DNA of 64,000 nucleotides, taken from contig CAVRAY010000001.1 in assembly GCA_963719225.1 (NCBI GenBank), positions 3,328,001 through 3,392,000 of the forward strand. The letters run 5' to 3'. This document shows positions 39,044 through 49,068 of this stretch, one piece after another. The stretch is from Thermoanaerobaculia bacterium. GTDB lineage: Bacteria; Acidobacteriota; Thermoanaerobaculia; UBA5066. The position numbers and the translations under genes were made by a program. The notes under the pieces are model-generated. The model saw nothing but the letters and a program-made list of their open reading frames with translations, was not told where the DNA came from and ran no database searches. Position 1 is the first letter of the stretch. Every line of letters starts with the position of its first letter.

Positions 39044-41278
39044 GTGTCCAGTCAAGCGGATCCCCTGATCGGGAAAGGCGTTTCCCATTACACGGTCGTG
39101 CGCCGGCTCGGGAGCGGCGGGATGGGCGTCGTGTACGAAGCGGAGGACTCGCGCCTCGGCCGCCGCGTCGCGCTGAAGTTCCTGCCGCCGGAGCTCGCCC
39201 AGGACACGCCGTCGCTCGAGCGCTTCCAGCGCGAGGCGCGTGCGGCCTCCGCGCTGAACCATCAAGGCATCTGCACCGTATTCGCGATCGAGGAGCACGA
39301 GCGTCAGCACTTCATCGTCATGGAGCTCCTCGAAGGCCAGACGCTCGCACAGATGATGACCGGACGCCCGCCCTTCGACCTCGAGAACCTGCTCGCCATC
39401 GGCATCCAGATCGCCGACGCCCTCGAATCGGCGCATGCCCGGGGCATCGTGCACCGCGACGTCAAGCCCGCAAACATCTTCGTGAACGCGCGCGGCCAGG
39501 TGAAGATCCTGGACTTCGGCCTCGCGCGGATCGAGGGAGCGCGCCGGAGCAGCGACGGGGCCGTCTCCCTCCTCGAGACCGTGGGAGCCCAGCACGACCT
39601 CACGACGCCCGGCACATCGATGGGAACGGTGTCGTACATGTCCCCCGAGCAGGCGCGCGGGCAGCTCGCGGACGCACGCACGGACCTCTTCTCGCTCGGC
39701 ACGGTCCTCTATCAGATGGCGACCGGGACGCTGCCCTTCCCGGGCGAGACCTCCGCGGTCATCTTCGACGCGATCCTGAACCGGGACCCGCTTCCGGCCG
39801 CGCAGTTGAATCCCACGCTGCCGCCCGAGCTCGCGCGCATCCTCGACAAGGCGCTCGAGAAGGACCGCAACCTGCGCTACCAGACGGCCACGGACCTGAA
39901 GACCGATCTCACGCGCCTGAAGCGCGACATGGACTCGGGCAAGAAGCGCGCGGCTGAAAAGAGCGACTCGCGCGGGGGCGGAACCCGGCAGGCCGAGAAG
40001 TCGATCGCCGTTCTCTACTTCGAGAACCTCTCCGGCGTGAAGGAGGACGAGTATTTCCGCGACGGCATCACCGAGGACATCATCACGGAGCTCTCGAAGA
40101 TCAAGGGCCTGAACATCTTCTCGCGCCCCACGGTTCTCGCCTATCGCGACAAGCAGGTGACGCCCGCGCAGATCGGGCAGCAGCTCAACGCGGCCTATGT
40201 CCTCGCGGGGAGCCTGCGCCGGGCCGGCAACCGGCTGCGGATCAACGCGCAGCTCGTCGACACGCACACCGACTTCCCTCTCTGGTCGGAGCGCTACGAC
40301 CGCGAGATGGCGGACGTGTTCGAGGTGCAGGACGAGATCGCGCGCAAGATCGCGGAGGCCCTCCGCATCACTCTTTCGCCGCAGGAGGTGGCGGCCCTCG
40401 CCGCCAGGCCGACCGAGAACCTCCAGGCGTACGACCTGTACCTCCGCGGGAAGAGCTACGCAAGGCGCCTCACGCGGCAGGACTTCGAGTTCGCCCTCCA
40501 GATGTTCGAGAACGCCGTCGCGCTGGATCCGAATTTCGCCCTGGCCCACGCCGCCATCGCGAACGTCTGCGCGCAGACCCATTACAACTACGGACGCGAC
40601 CCCGTCTGGCTGGAACGCGCCAAGGCGGCCTCCCGCAAGGCCGTCGCTCTGAGTCCGCAGCTCCCGGAGCCGCTCGTCGCGCAGGCCTGGATCCTGTATG
40701 CCGACGGCCAGTACGACGAGGCCGCAGGCTGTGTGCGGCAGGCCATCGAGCGCAAGAGCGACTGCGAGGGAGCGTATTACCTCCTCGGCCGCGCACTCTT
40801 TGCAGCCGGGCGCTATCAGGACCTCGCGAACGTGACGGACGCGGCCATGGAAGCGAGCGGTCAGGACTACAACATCTACGTTCCGATCGAGAACGCCCTC
40901 GGCGCGCTCGGGAAGGACGAGACGCTCCGGAACGTCCGCCAGCGCCAGATCCTGGCGCTGGAGAATCACCTGAGGTCGGTCCCCGAGGACGCGCGCGCGC
41001 GCGTCCTCCTCGCGAATGGCTACGCGGCGACGGGCCGGCGGGAAGACGCCGTTCGCGAGGCTAACCTCGCGGTCGCCCTGCGCCCGAACGAGGCCACCGT
41101 TCTCTACAACGCGGCCTGCGTTTTTTGTGGCCTCGAGGACAAGGCGCAGGCTCTGGAAGCGCTCCGAAAATGCTGGAACGCCGGTTTCAAGGACTCGGAC
41201 TGGGCCCGCCGTGACCCCGACCTCGCCCTCCTGCACGGCGACCCCGAGTTCGAGCAGCTCTACCCCGAGCGCCCGTAG
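39044..41278 (+). CDS. Ser/Thr protein kinase with TolB-N-like and TPR domains
   Basis: GSGGMGVVY, VALK, HRDVKPAN, DFG, YMSPEQ; SIAVLYFENLS..YF.DGITED; C-terminal TPRs. Confidence 0.93.
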   Translation: MSSQADPLIGKGVSHYTVVRRLGSGGMGVVYEAEDSRLGRRVALKFLPPELAQDTPSLERFQREARAASALNHQGICTVFAIEEHERQHFIVMELLEGQTLAQMMTGRPPFDLENLLAIGIQIADALESAHARGIVHRDVKPANIFVNARGQVKILDFGLARIEGARRSSDGAVSLLETVGAQHDLTTPGTSMGTVSYMSPEQARGQLADARTDLFSLGTVLYQMATGTLPFPGETSAVIFDAILNRDPLPAAQLNPTLPPELARILDKALEKDRNLRYQTATDLKTDLTRLKRDMDSGKKRAAEKSDSRGGGTRQAEKSIAVLYFENLSGVKEDEYFRDGITEDIITELSKIKGLNIFSRPTVLAYRDKQVTPAQIGQQLNAAYVLAGSLRRAGNRLRINAQLVDTHTDFPLWSERYDREMADVFEVQDEIARKIAEALRITLSPQEVAALAARPTENLQAYDLYLRGKSYARRLTRQDFEFALQMFENAVALDPNFALAHAAIANVCAQTHYNYGRDPVWLERAKAASRKAVALSPQLPEPLVAQAWILYADGQYDEAAGCVRQAIERKSDCEGAYYLLGRALFAAGRYQDLANVTDAAMEASGQDYNIYVPIENALGALGKDETLRNVRQRQILALENHLRSVPEDARARVLLANGYAATGRREDAVREANLAVALRPNEATVLYNAACVFCGLEDKAQALEALRKCWNAGFKDSDWARRDPDLALLHGDPEFEQLYPERP

Positions 41279-41314
41279 AGTGCGTCTCACGATCAACGGT
41301 AAGATCCGCCCAGC

Positions 41315-43408
41315 TTGAGCGCGCGCGCGGCACAGTGTCCGAACTGCGGGGGCCAGGTCCGGTTCCAGACCGGGGCCTCGCTCGTCTCGATCTGTCCGCA
41401 GTGCAAGTCCGCCGTCGCGCGCAAGGGCGCGGACCTGGAGGCCATCGGCACGGTCGCGGAGCTCGTCCCGACGTCCTCCCCGTTCAAGGTCGGGATGGAC
41501 GCGCGGCCCGGGAAGGGCACGCGCCCGTTCCACATCGCGGGGCGCCTCCAGCTCTCGACCGGCGAGGGGACGTGGGACGAGTGGTACGTGGGCTTCAACG
41601 ACGGAACCTGGGGATGGCTCGCGGAAGCGCAGGGCGGCTTCTGGCTCATGACGCCCGTCAAGCCGCCCGAGGTGCCGGCGTACGAGCGCCTCCAGCCCGG
41701 CGAGACGCTGGACCTCGGCACGTACGGCACCTTCGCCGTCGTCGAGGTGCGGGAAGCCACGTACGCGTCCGCCCAGGGCGAGCTGCCGTTCGCGGCCCCG
41801 CCGGGCTCCGTCTTCCGCTACGCCGACCTTTCCGGAGCCGACGGCAGTCTCGCGACGCTCGACTACGGCGACGATCCCGGGCTCGACGGGTTCTACGTGG
41901 GCAGGCCGGTTGCGCTCGCGAGCCTCGGCATCGCGGAGCTCGTCGAATGGTCCGATCGCACGGTCAGCGTCAAGGCCCTCGCGCTGAACTGTCCGAACTG
42001 CGGCGGCGCCCTCCAGCTCAAGGACCCCGCGAACACGGTGCGCATCGCGTGCCCGTTCTGCGGCTCGCTGCTCGGCGCCGCGGAAGGGAAGGAGCAGGGC
42101 CCGCCCTCCAAGTTCGCCGTCCTCGAGAAGCTCGCGGCCGTCCCGTTCAAGCCGGTCCTCAAGGTCGGGTCCGAGGGCAACCTCCGCGGCCACAAGTACG
42201 CGATCCTCGGCGCGGTCCTGAAGACGACCTCCTCGGACGGCGAGGATTACTTCTGGACGGAGTACCTCCTGAAAGAGGAGAAGTCCGAGGCCTACCACTG
42301 GCTCGCGGAGTCGACCGGCCACTACACGTTGCTCGAGCCCGTGCCCGCGGGCGAGGTCACGGACGGGCCGCGCGTCGCCGTCTTCCGCGGGAATTCCTAC
42401 CGCATCTTCTCGCGCAGCGAGGCGCGCGTCGCCGGAGTCCTCGGCGAGTTCTACTGGACCATCCGGATCGGCGAGACCACTCAGGCCACGGACTTCATCA
42501 AGCCGCCGCGCATGCTCTCGAAGGAGAAGGCGAAAAAAGAGATCGCGTGGACCGAGGGAGCGTACGTCCCTCCCGACGAGATCGCCGCCGGCTTCGCGCT
42601 GAAGGAGCCGCTCCCGCCGCCTGAAGGAGTGGGCGCCTGCCAGCCGTGGCCGCACGCGGAGACGAACCGCCTCTGGTGGAAAACGGCTTGGCTCCTGTCG
42701 CTCGCCTCGATCGTCGTCTTCTTCCTCGCGAAGCTGTTCACGCCACACGCCGTCGTCTACGACCAGACGTTCGACCTCACCGATCCGCAGCGGGTGATCT
42801 ATACCGCGCGCGGCGGCGGTCCGAGCTCCGCTTCGGCCGACTGGTCGCAAACCAGCGCGACCCCGAGCCCGGGCGCGGTCCCGGCGAACCCGGCGGCGGC
42901 GCGGGCGGCCGCCGAAGCCGCGGCTTCCGCCGCGCGCGTCCTCCTCTCGGAGCCGTTCGAGACGAAGCGCGGCGCCAATCTCGCGGTGGACCTCTGGGCA
43001 CCCACGAACAACACCTGGGTCCAGGTCGGTTTCGATCTCATCTCCGAAGCCACCGGGGAGGTCCGTTCCTTCGACCTGATTTCGGACAAGTATTCGGGCG
43101 TCGACGGGGGCGAGAGCTGGAGCGAGGGCAGCCAGAACCGTCGCATCTTCGTGCCGCGCATTCCCGCCGGGCGCTGGGTCTTGCGTCTCGAGCCCGAGTC
43201 CGAGCCCGGGAAGGCGCCGCCCTCGTTCCGCGTGAGGCTCACGAGCGGCGTCCCCCACGTTTCGCATCTCGTGTGGGTGATCGTCCTGCTCTTCGTCGTT
43301 CCGACGCTCCTCGCGTTCCGGAGGATCACGTTCGAGGGCCGGCGTTGGGCCGGGAGCGACTTCACGAGCGCCGGCGGGGAACGCGAATCGGACGATTCGG
43401 ACGAATGA
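41315..43408 (+). CDS. DUF4178 domain protein with zinc ribbons and TM segments
   Basis: CPNCG/CPQC and CPNCG/CPFCG ribbons each followed by a W.E(W/Y)...WL.E..G domain; GELP and GEFYW motifs; two TMs. Confidence 0.82.
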   Translation: MSARAAQCPNCGGQVRFQTGASLVSICPQCKSAVARKGADLEAIGTVAELVPTSSPFKVGMDARPGKGTRPFHIAGRLQLSTGEGTWDEWYVGFNDGTWGWLAEAQGGFWLMTPVKPPEVPAYERLQPGETLDLGTYGTFAVVEVREATYASAQGELPFAAPPGSVFRYADLSGADGSLATLDYGDDPGLDGFYVGRPVALASLGIAELVEWSDRTVSVKALALNCPNCGGALQLKDPANTVRIACPFCGSLLGAAEGKEQGPPSKFAVLEKLAAVPFKPVLKVGSEGNLRGHKYAILGAVLKTTSSDGEDYFWTEYLLKEEKSEAYHWLAESTGHYTLLEPVPAGEVTDGPRVAVFRGNSYRIFSRSEARVAGVLGEFYWTIRIGETTQATDFIKPPRMLSKEKAKKEIAWTEGAYVPPDEIAAGFALKEPLPPPEGVGACQPWPHAETNRLWWKTAWLLSLASIVVFFLAKLFTPHAVVYDQTFDLTDPQRVIYTARGGGPSSASADWSQTSATPSPGAVPANPAAARAAAEAAASAARVLLSEPFETKRGANLAVDLWAPTNNTWVQVGFDLISEATGEVRSFDLISDKYSGVDGGESWSEGSQNRRIFVPRIPAGRWVLRLEPESEPGKAPPSFRVRLTSGVPHVSHLVWVIVLLFVVPTLLAFRRITFEGRRWAGSDFTSAGGERESDDSDE

Positions 43409-43418
43409 AGGAGGCCCG

Positions 43419-43586
43419 ATGAGACGCATCTTCCAGGTGTTCGGCGGCGCGCTTCTCCTCACGTACTCTCTCGCGGCCTTCTCGGGCTGGGAGATGGCCG
43501 GAAACACGAAACGCAACATGCTGCCTCCGGGCGCCCGCAACGCGGGCGGCTATCGGACGTGGCACTTCTGGAGCGGAGGCAAGTGA
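43419..43586 (+). CDS. small membrane peptide (55 aa) ending WSGGK, absent from the ORF track
   Basis: AAGGAGG SD, MRRIFQVFGGALLLTYSLAAFSGWEMAGNTKRNMLPPGARNAGGYRTWHFWSGGK, TGA overlaps the next ATG. Confidence 0.8.
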   Translation: MRRIFQVFGGALLLTYSLAAFSGWEMAGNTKRNMLPPGARNAGGYRTWHFWSGGK

Positions 43587-43810
43587 TGAGCTGGTGGGCG
43601 CAGCACGGGCATCAGGTGACGTCGACCGTCGTGTTCTCGGTTCTGGGGATGGTCCTGTTCGGCATCTTCTTCGCGATCCTGCCGAAGCTGCTCCCCTTCT
43701 CGCTGAAAAAGGAGATGGAAGAGGACCAGAACGTGGCGCTAGGCATCGTGCTCGGATCGATCGTGATCGCGATGGCGATCATCATCGCGGCTGCCGTCAT
43801 GGGAGGCTGA
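43586..43810 (+). CDS. DUF350 domain membrane protein
   Basis: Two TMs, P.SL.KE..EDQNVALGIVLGS...AIIIAAA. Confidence 0.85.
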   Translation: MSWWAQHGHQVTSTVVFSVLGMVLFGIFFAILPKLLPFSLKKEMEEDQNVALGIVLGSIVIAMAIIIAAAVMGG

Positions 43811-43814
43811 GCGC

Positions 43815-45359
43815 ATGGGCGACCGCGAGGGAAGCGCTGGCCTGGAGGCGGCGCCCGCCCTCCGGCCCGGGCCCGTCTACCTCACCGTCCTCGCCATCGC
43901 GTCGTGCGGCCTCGTCTACGAGCTCGTCGCCGGCGCGCTCGCGAGCTACCTCCTCGGCGACTCGGTCACGCAGTTCTCCCTCGTCATCGGCGTCTACCTC
44001 ACGGCGCTCGGTCTCGGCGCGTTCCTCTCGCGGTTCGTCGTGCGCGGCGTCGCGCGGCGCTTCGTCGAGGCGGAGATCGGCGTCGCCCTCCTGGGAGGGC
44101 TCTCGGCGCCGATGCTCTTCTTCGCGTTCTCCTCCCCGCGCTGGTTCCCGCCCGTCTTCTACGGGATCGTCGTCGGGATCGGGACGCTCGTCGGGCTCGA
44201 GATCCCGCTCCTCATGCGCCTCCTCAAGGACGCGGTCGTCTTCCGCGACCTCGTCGCGCAGGTCCTCACGTTCGACTACCTCGGCTCTCTCGCGGCGTCG
44301 ATCCTCTTCCCGCTCGTCTTCCTCCCCCGCTTCGGGCTCACGCGCACGTCGGTTTTCTTCGGCCTCCTGAACGCGGCCGTGGCGTTCTGGTCGATCCGTC
44401 TCTTCCGCGACCGGGTGGGACCGCCGGGCGGCCTTTACCTTCGGGCGGGATTCGTCACGGCGATCCTCCTCGCCGCCTTCGTCGCCGCGGAGCGCCTCAC
44501 CGCCGTCGCCGAGGAGAACCAGTACGCGGACGAGGTCGTCGTGGCCCAGTCGACGCCGTACCAGCGCATCGTCGTGACGCGGAACCGCGCCGGTTTCCAG
44601 CTCTTTCTGAACGGACACCTCCAGTTCTCGTCCGTGGACGAGTACCGGTACCACGAGGCGCTCGTGCATCCGGCGTTCTCCGCCGCGCAGCGCGCGAGGC
44701 GCGTCGCCGTCCTCGGCGGAGGCGACGGCCTCGCGGTCCGGGAGATCCTCAAGCATCCCGAAGTCGAAAGCGTCACGCTCGTGGACCTCGACCCCGCGAT
44801 GACGCGCCTCGCGACGACGCACCCTCTCTTCCTCGCCCTGAACGGAGGCTCGCTGACGTCGCCGAAGGTCCGCGTCGTGAACGAGGACGCGATGATCTGG
44901 ATCGAGAAGGAACCCGATCTCTTCGACGTCGTCGTCATCGACTTCCCCGACCCGAACACCTACGCCGTGGGAAAGCTCTATACGTCGCGCTTCTATTCCC
45001 TCGTGAAGAAGAAGCTCGATCCCGACGGCGTCGTCGTCGTGCAGTCCACGTCTCCCCTCTTCGCGCGGCGCAGTTTCTGGATCGTGGACGCGACCCTCCG
45101 GGCGTCCGGCTTTTTCACGCGCCCATATCACATCGCGGTGCCGTCGTTCGGAGAATGGGGCTTCGTCCTCGCGTCGGGGGCGGACGTGAACGTCGGAACG
45201 CGCCTCCCCCCGGGCCTCCGCGCCCTGTCGAAAGAGCTCCTCCCGTCTCTCTTCGTCTTCGGTCCCGACGTGGCACGCCTCGACGACGTCCCCGTGAACC
45301 GGCTCAACGACCAGGTGCTCGTGAGGACCTACGAGGGAGAATGGAAGCGCTTCGACTGA
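43815..45359 (+). CDS. speE: membrane-bound polyamine aminopropyltransferase (spermidine synthase-like)
   Basis: N-terminal multi-TM domain (CGLVYEL, DYLG), STPYQRI, DEYRYHEALVHP, LGGGDG, VIDFPDP, VPSFGEWGF. Confidence 0.9.
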   Translation: MGDREGSAGLEAAPALRPGPVYLTVLAIASCGLVYELVAGALASYLLGDSVTQFSLVIGVYLTALGLGAFLSRFVVRGVARRFVEAEIGVALLGGLSAPMLFFAFSSPRWFPPVFYGIVVGIGTLVGLEIPLLMRLLKDAVVFRDLVAQVLTFDYLGSLAASILFPLVFLPRFGLTRTSVFFGLLNAAVAFWSIRLFRDRVGPPGGLYLRAGFVTAILLAAFVAAERLTAVAEENQYADEVVVAQSTPYQRIVVTRNRAGFQLFLNGHLQFSSVDEYRYHEALVHPAFSAAQRARRVAVLGGGDGLAVREILKHPEVESVTLVDLDPAMTRLATTHPLFLALNGGSLTSPKVRVVNEDAMIWIEKEPDLFDVVVIDFPDPNTYAVGKLYTSRFYSLVKKKLDPDGVVVVQSTSPLFARRSFWIVDATLRASGFFTRPYHIAVPSFGEWGFVLASGADVNVGTRLPPGLRALSKELLPSLFVFGPDVARLDDVPVNRLNDQVLVRTYEGEWKRFD

Positions 45360-47014
45360 GCCGCCGCGACGCGATCGCGTCGCTCGTGGGCCTCCCCGCG
45401 CTCTCGGCCCTCGCCGCCGCCTTGACGGCGTGCGGCAAGAAGGACGTGCGCGGCCTTCCCTTCGCCGGAAGGATCGTGGGCCCGGACGTCGCGCGGGGAC
45501 ATCTCCTTCGCGCGGGGGATCTCCTGTCCCGGCCCGTCGTCCGCACGGAACGCGTCGGAACGGCGATCGTGGGCGCCGGCGTCTCGGGCCTCTCGGCCGC
45601 GTGGCGCCTCTCGCGCGCGGGCAAAACGGATTTCCGCGTCTTCGACCTCGAGGACGCGGCGGGCGGCACCGCCGTGTCCGGCGCGAACGACGTGTCCGCG
45701 TTCCCGTGGGGCGCGCATTACGTGCCCGTGCCCGCGTCGCCGAACCGCGCGTTGGAGGCCGTCCTCGAGGAGGCGGGCGCGCTCGTGGGCCGGGACCAGG
45801 ACGGCGTTCCCGAGTGGGCCGAGGAGATGCTCTGCCGCGAGCCCGAGGAGCGTCTGTTCTTCGGATATGCCTGGCGGGGGGGCCTGTATCCGCGGGACGG
45901 CGCCTCGCCGGAGGACCTCCAGCAGCTCGCGCGTTTCCGCCGCGAGATGAACGGTTTCGCGGCGCGCAAGGACTCGAAAGGGCGGCGCGCGTTCGCGATC
46001 CCGACGCGCCTCTCGTCCGAGGACCCCGAGCTCGCCGGCCTGGACCGCCTCACGATGGCCGCGTGGATGCGCGCGCACGGCTACACGTCGCCGCGCCTCC
46101 TCTGGCTCACGGAGTACGGGTGCCGCGACGACTTCGGCACGAACCTCGCTGACACCTCCGCGTGGGCGGGAATCCACTACAACGCCGCGCGCCTGCCCGG
46201 AGAGGACGACGACGAGGACCCGTCGGATTTCCTCACCTGGCCGGAAGGCAACGGCCGGCTCGTCGCCCTCCTCGCGAAGAGCGCCGCGGGACGCCTCGCC
46301 CCCTCGTCCCTCGTCTTCGACGTCGCGCCGGCGCCGAAGGTGGGCGCGCCCGTGAGGCTCCGCGTCCTGGATGCCGCGAAGAACGAGGTCGTGGCCGTCG
46401 AGGCGGCGCACGCGATTCTCGCGCTACCGAAGTTCGTGGCCGCGCGGGTGCTCGAGCCGTGGCGCGCGTCCCCTCCCGCGTTTCTTTCGGAGACGTCGTG
46501 GGCACCGTGGCTCGTCGCGAACCTCACGCTCCGGGCGCGGCCGAAGGAGACGGGCTTTCCGCTCTCGTGGGACAACGTCCTCCACGACTCGCGCTCGCTC
46601 GGCTACGTCGTCGCGACGCACCAGACCGGACGGGATCACGGGCCCACCGTCTTCACGTACTACCTCCCCTTCACGGACGAGGCGCCTGCCGCCGCGCGCG
46701 CGAAGCTCCTTTCCGCATCGTGGGACGACCTCGCCTCGGCCGTTCTCGCGGACCTTTCGAAGGCACATCGCGATCTCCCGGACCTCGTCTCACGCCTCGA
46801 CGTCGTGCGCTGGGGGCACGCCATGGCGCGGCCGACGCCGGGGTTCCTCTCGAACGGTGTTCGCCATCTCGCGCCCGTGGGCGGCGTTCATTTCGCGCAC
46901 GCGGATTCCGCGGGGCTTCCGCTCTTCGAGGAGGCCCAGGACGCCGGCATCCGCGCCGCGGAGGCGGTCCTCGCGTCACGTGGCGAGCGGTTCGCGACCC
47001 TGGCGGCGGACTAA
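45341..47014 (+). CDS. FAD-dependent oxidoreductase (amine oxidase-like) with Tat/lipoprotein signal
   Basis: SRRDAI..LTAC signal, IVGAGVSGLSAA Rossmann motif, PWGAHY, RWGHAM, LFEEA. Confidence 0.85.
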   Translation: MEALRLSRRDAIASLVGLPALSALAAALTACGKKDVRGLPFAGRIVGPDVARGHLLRAGDLLSRPVVRTERVGTAIVGAGVSGLSAAWRLSRAGKTDFRVFDLEDAAGGTAVSGANDVSAFPWGAHYVPVPASPNRALEAVLEEAGALVGRDQDGVPEWAEEMLCREPEERLFFGYAWRGGLYPRDGASPEDLQQLARFRREMNGFAARKDSKGRRAFAIPTRLSSEDPELAGLDRLTMAAWMRAHGYTSPRLLWLTEYGCRDDFGTNLADTSAWAGIHYNAARLPGEDDDEDPSDFLTWPEGNGRLVALLAKSAAGRLAPSSLVFDVAPAPKVGAPVRLRVLDAAKNEVVAVEAAHAILALPKFVAARVLEPWRASPPAFLSETSWAPWLVANLTLRARPKETGFPLSWDNVLHDSRSLGYVVATHQTGRDHGPTVFTYYLPFTDEAPAAARAKLLSASWDDLASAVLADLSKAHRDLPDLVSRLDVVRWGHAMARPTPGFLSNGVRHLAPVGGVHFAHADSAGLPLFEEAQDAGIRAAEAVLASRGERFATLAAD

Positions 47015-47015
47015 C

Positions 47016-48101
47016 ATGGATGCCGCCGTGACCTCTCCGTGGCTCTTCGGCCGGCGTTGGGACCTCCTCCTCTTCGGAGGATCGACGGCTCTCGCGCTCC
47101 TCTTCCTCGGCGTCGGCCACGCGACGGGGCTCCTCGACGGCGACGCTCCGCCGTGGCTCTTCCTCGTCGCGGTCGTGGGCGTGGACGTTGCGCACGTCTG
47201 GGCGACCGGGTGGCGCGTTCTCGCGGACGGAAAGGCCGTGCGCGCGCGCCTCGCGCTCTACGTGGGCGTGCCGTTCGCCGCGTGGGCCGCCGGAGTCGCG
47301 GCGTATTCCGTGTCGGCCCTCTTCTTCTGGCGGGTCCTCGCGTATCTCGCCGTTTTCCACTTCATGAGGCAGCAATACGGCTGGGTCGCCCTCTACCGGC
47401 GCAAGAACGGGGAGGGCGGAGACGGACGTCTCCTCGACGCCGCAGCCATCTACGGCGCGACGCTCACGCCTCTCCTCTTCTGGCACGCGCACCTCCCGCG
47501 GCGGTTCCAGTGGTTCCTCAGGGGAGATTTCGTGAACGGCCTGCCCGAGGGCGTCAGCACGGCCGCGTTCGTCCTCTATGCGGGCGTTTTCGCCGCGTGG
47601 GTCGTGAAGGAAATCGCGCGCAAACGCGCCGGGCGAGCGGTGTCGTGGGGGAAGGTCCTGATCGTCCTCTCGACGGCGGCGACGTGGTTTCTGGGCATCG
47701 TGGTCTTCGACTCGGACTACGCCTTCACGGTGACGAACGTCTTCGTCCACGGCATTCCCTACATGGGTCTCGTGTGGTTCACGTCGAAGTCACGTGCGCT
47801 CGCGCGCCGCGATGCGGGCGAGGCCCCCTCCTTCGCGGACCGGGCGGCGCCGAAGCTCCTCCTCTTCCTCGCACCCCTCCTCCTCATCGCGTTCGCCGAG
47901 GAGTGGGGCTGGGACCGCCTCGTCTGGCACGACCACGCGGTCCTCTTTCCGGGACCCGCGCTCGATCCCGGCGCGCTTCTCCTGGCCCTGATCGTGCCGC
48001 TCCTCGCCCTCCCCCAGGCCACGCATTACGTGTGGGACGCGTTTCTCTGGAAGGTGCGGCCCGAGAACCGCGGTACAGTCGAAGCGCTGGGAATCCGATG
48101 A
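47016..48101 (+). CDS. polytopic membrane protein with conserved His motifs
   Basis: About 8 TMs; DVAHVWAT, FHFMRQQYGW, HGIPY, THYVWDAFLW. Confidence 0.75.
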   Translation: MDAAVTSPWLFGRRWDLLLFGGSTALALLFLGVGHATGLLDGDAPPWLFLVAVVGVDVAHVWATGWRVLADGKAVRARLALYVGVPFAAWAAGVAAYSVSALFFWRVLAYLAVFHFMRQQYGWVALYRRKNGEGGDGRLLDAAAIYGATLTPLLFWHAHLPRRFQWFLRGDFVNGLPEGVSTAAFVLYAGVFAAWVVKEIARKRAGRAVSWGKVLIVLSTAATWFLGIVVFDSDYAFTVTNVFVHGIPYMGLVWFTSKSRALARRDAGEAPSFADRAAPKLLLFLAPLLLIAFAEEWGWDRLVWHDHAVLFPGPALDPGALLLALIVPLLALPQATHYVWDAFLWKVRPENRGTVEALGIR

Positions 48102-48451
48102 GCCTCGGTCTTCACCTTCTCCTCGACGTCGCGGGCGCGCCGTTCGCCACGCTCGACGATCCCGTCCTCGTCGAGACGCTGCTCGTCGACGCGGTTCGAG
48201 CAATGGGTGCGAAGGTGCTCGGAATCCACATCCACCGTCTCAGCCCGCAGGGCGTCAGCGGCGTCGTGGTCATCTCCGAGTCGCACCTCACGATCCACAC
48301 CTGGCCCGAGCGCGGGGAGGCGGCGGTGGATCTCTTCACCTGCGGCGACGCGTCACACGCGCGCGATGCGGTACGAGCGCTCGCGGCGGCTCTCGGCGCC
48401 GAGAGGACGCGGGTCGAGGAGCGCGTGCGCGGAGCGGAACAACGGGCCTGA
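48098..48451 (+). CDS. speD: S-adenosylmethionine decarboxylase proenzyme
   Basis: GLHLLLD, PQGVSGVVVISESHLTIHTWPE, DLFTCG; ATGA overlap with the preceding gene. Confidence 0.92.
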   Translation: MSLGLHLLLDVAGAPFATLDDPVLVETLLVDAVRAMGAKVLGIHIHRLSPQGVSGVVVISESHLTIHTWPERGEAAVDLFTCGDASHARDAVRALAAALGAERTRVEERVRGAEQRA

Positions 48452-48477
48452 CGATAAGATCGGCGTCGAGGTACGAG

Positions 48478-49068
48478 ATGATTTCGAAGCTCCTGGACGG
48501 CAATCGCCGTTTCGTGGCGGAGACGTTCGAGAAGGAGAAGGATTTCTTCCTGTCCCTTTCGAAAGGTCAGCAGCCGACGGTGCTTTGGATCAGCTGCTCC
48601 GACTCCCGCGCCCCCGTCAACAGCATCACCTCGACCCGTCCGGGAGAGGTCTTCGTCCACCGGAACATCGGAAACGTCGTCGCGACGAACGACTGGAACC
48701 TGGCCGCCGTCCTGGAGTTCTCCCTCAGCCACCTGAAGATCCCGGACATCGTCATCTGCGGTCACTACGGATGCGGCGGGATGGAGGCGCTCGACGACGA
48801 CGACAGCGACAACAAGTACCTTCCGATCTGGCTGATGAACGCCTTCAAGGCGCGCGAGCGGATCGACGAGAAGATCAGGTCGCTCCACATCGAGATGCCG
48901 AAAGAGCAGCGGATGCGGCTGATCGTCGAGGAGAACGTCCGGCTCCAGCTCGAGCACCTCCGCGAGTTCCCTTTCATCAAGAAGGCCACCCGGGAGAAGA
49001 AGCTGGACGTCCACGGCTGGGTCTACGACATGTCGACCGGCGCGATCAAACCGGTCAAGAACGCGTAG
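48478..49068 (+). CDS. can: beta-class carbonic anhydrase
   Basis: CSDSR, GEVFVHRNIGN, CGHYGCGG, HGWVYD. Confidence 0.93.
   Translation: MISKLLDGNRRFVAETFEKEKDFFLSLSKGQQPTVLWISCSDSRAPVNSITSTRPGEVFVHRNIGNVVATNDWNLAAVLEFSLSHLKIPDIVICGHYGCGGMEALDDDDSDNKYLPIWLMNAFKARERIDEKIRSLHIEMPKEQRMRLIVEENVRLQLEHLREFPFIKKATREKKLDVHGWVYDMSTGAIKPVKNA

Noticed and set aside
38990-43540. 1516-aa antisense ORF and other long shadow ORFs (e.g. 310..2535, 19608..22271, 54902..57997, 59383..61995)
   Set aside because: They overlap well-supported genes, are Arg/Gly/Ala-rich without family motifs, and are expected in high-GC DNA
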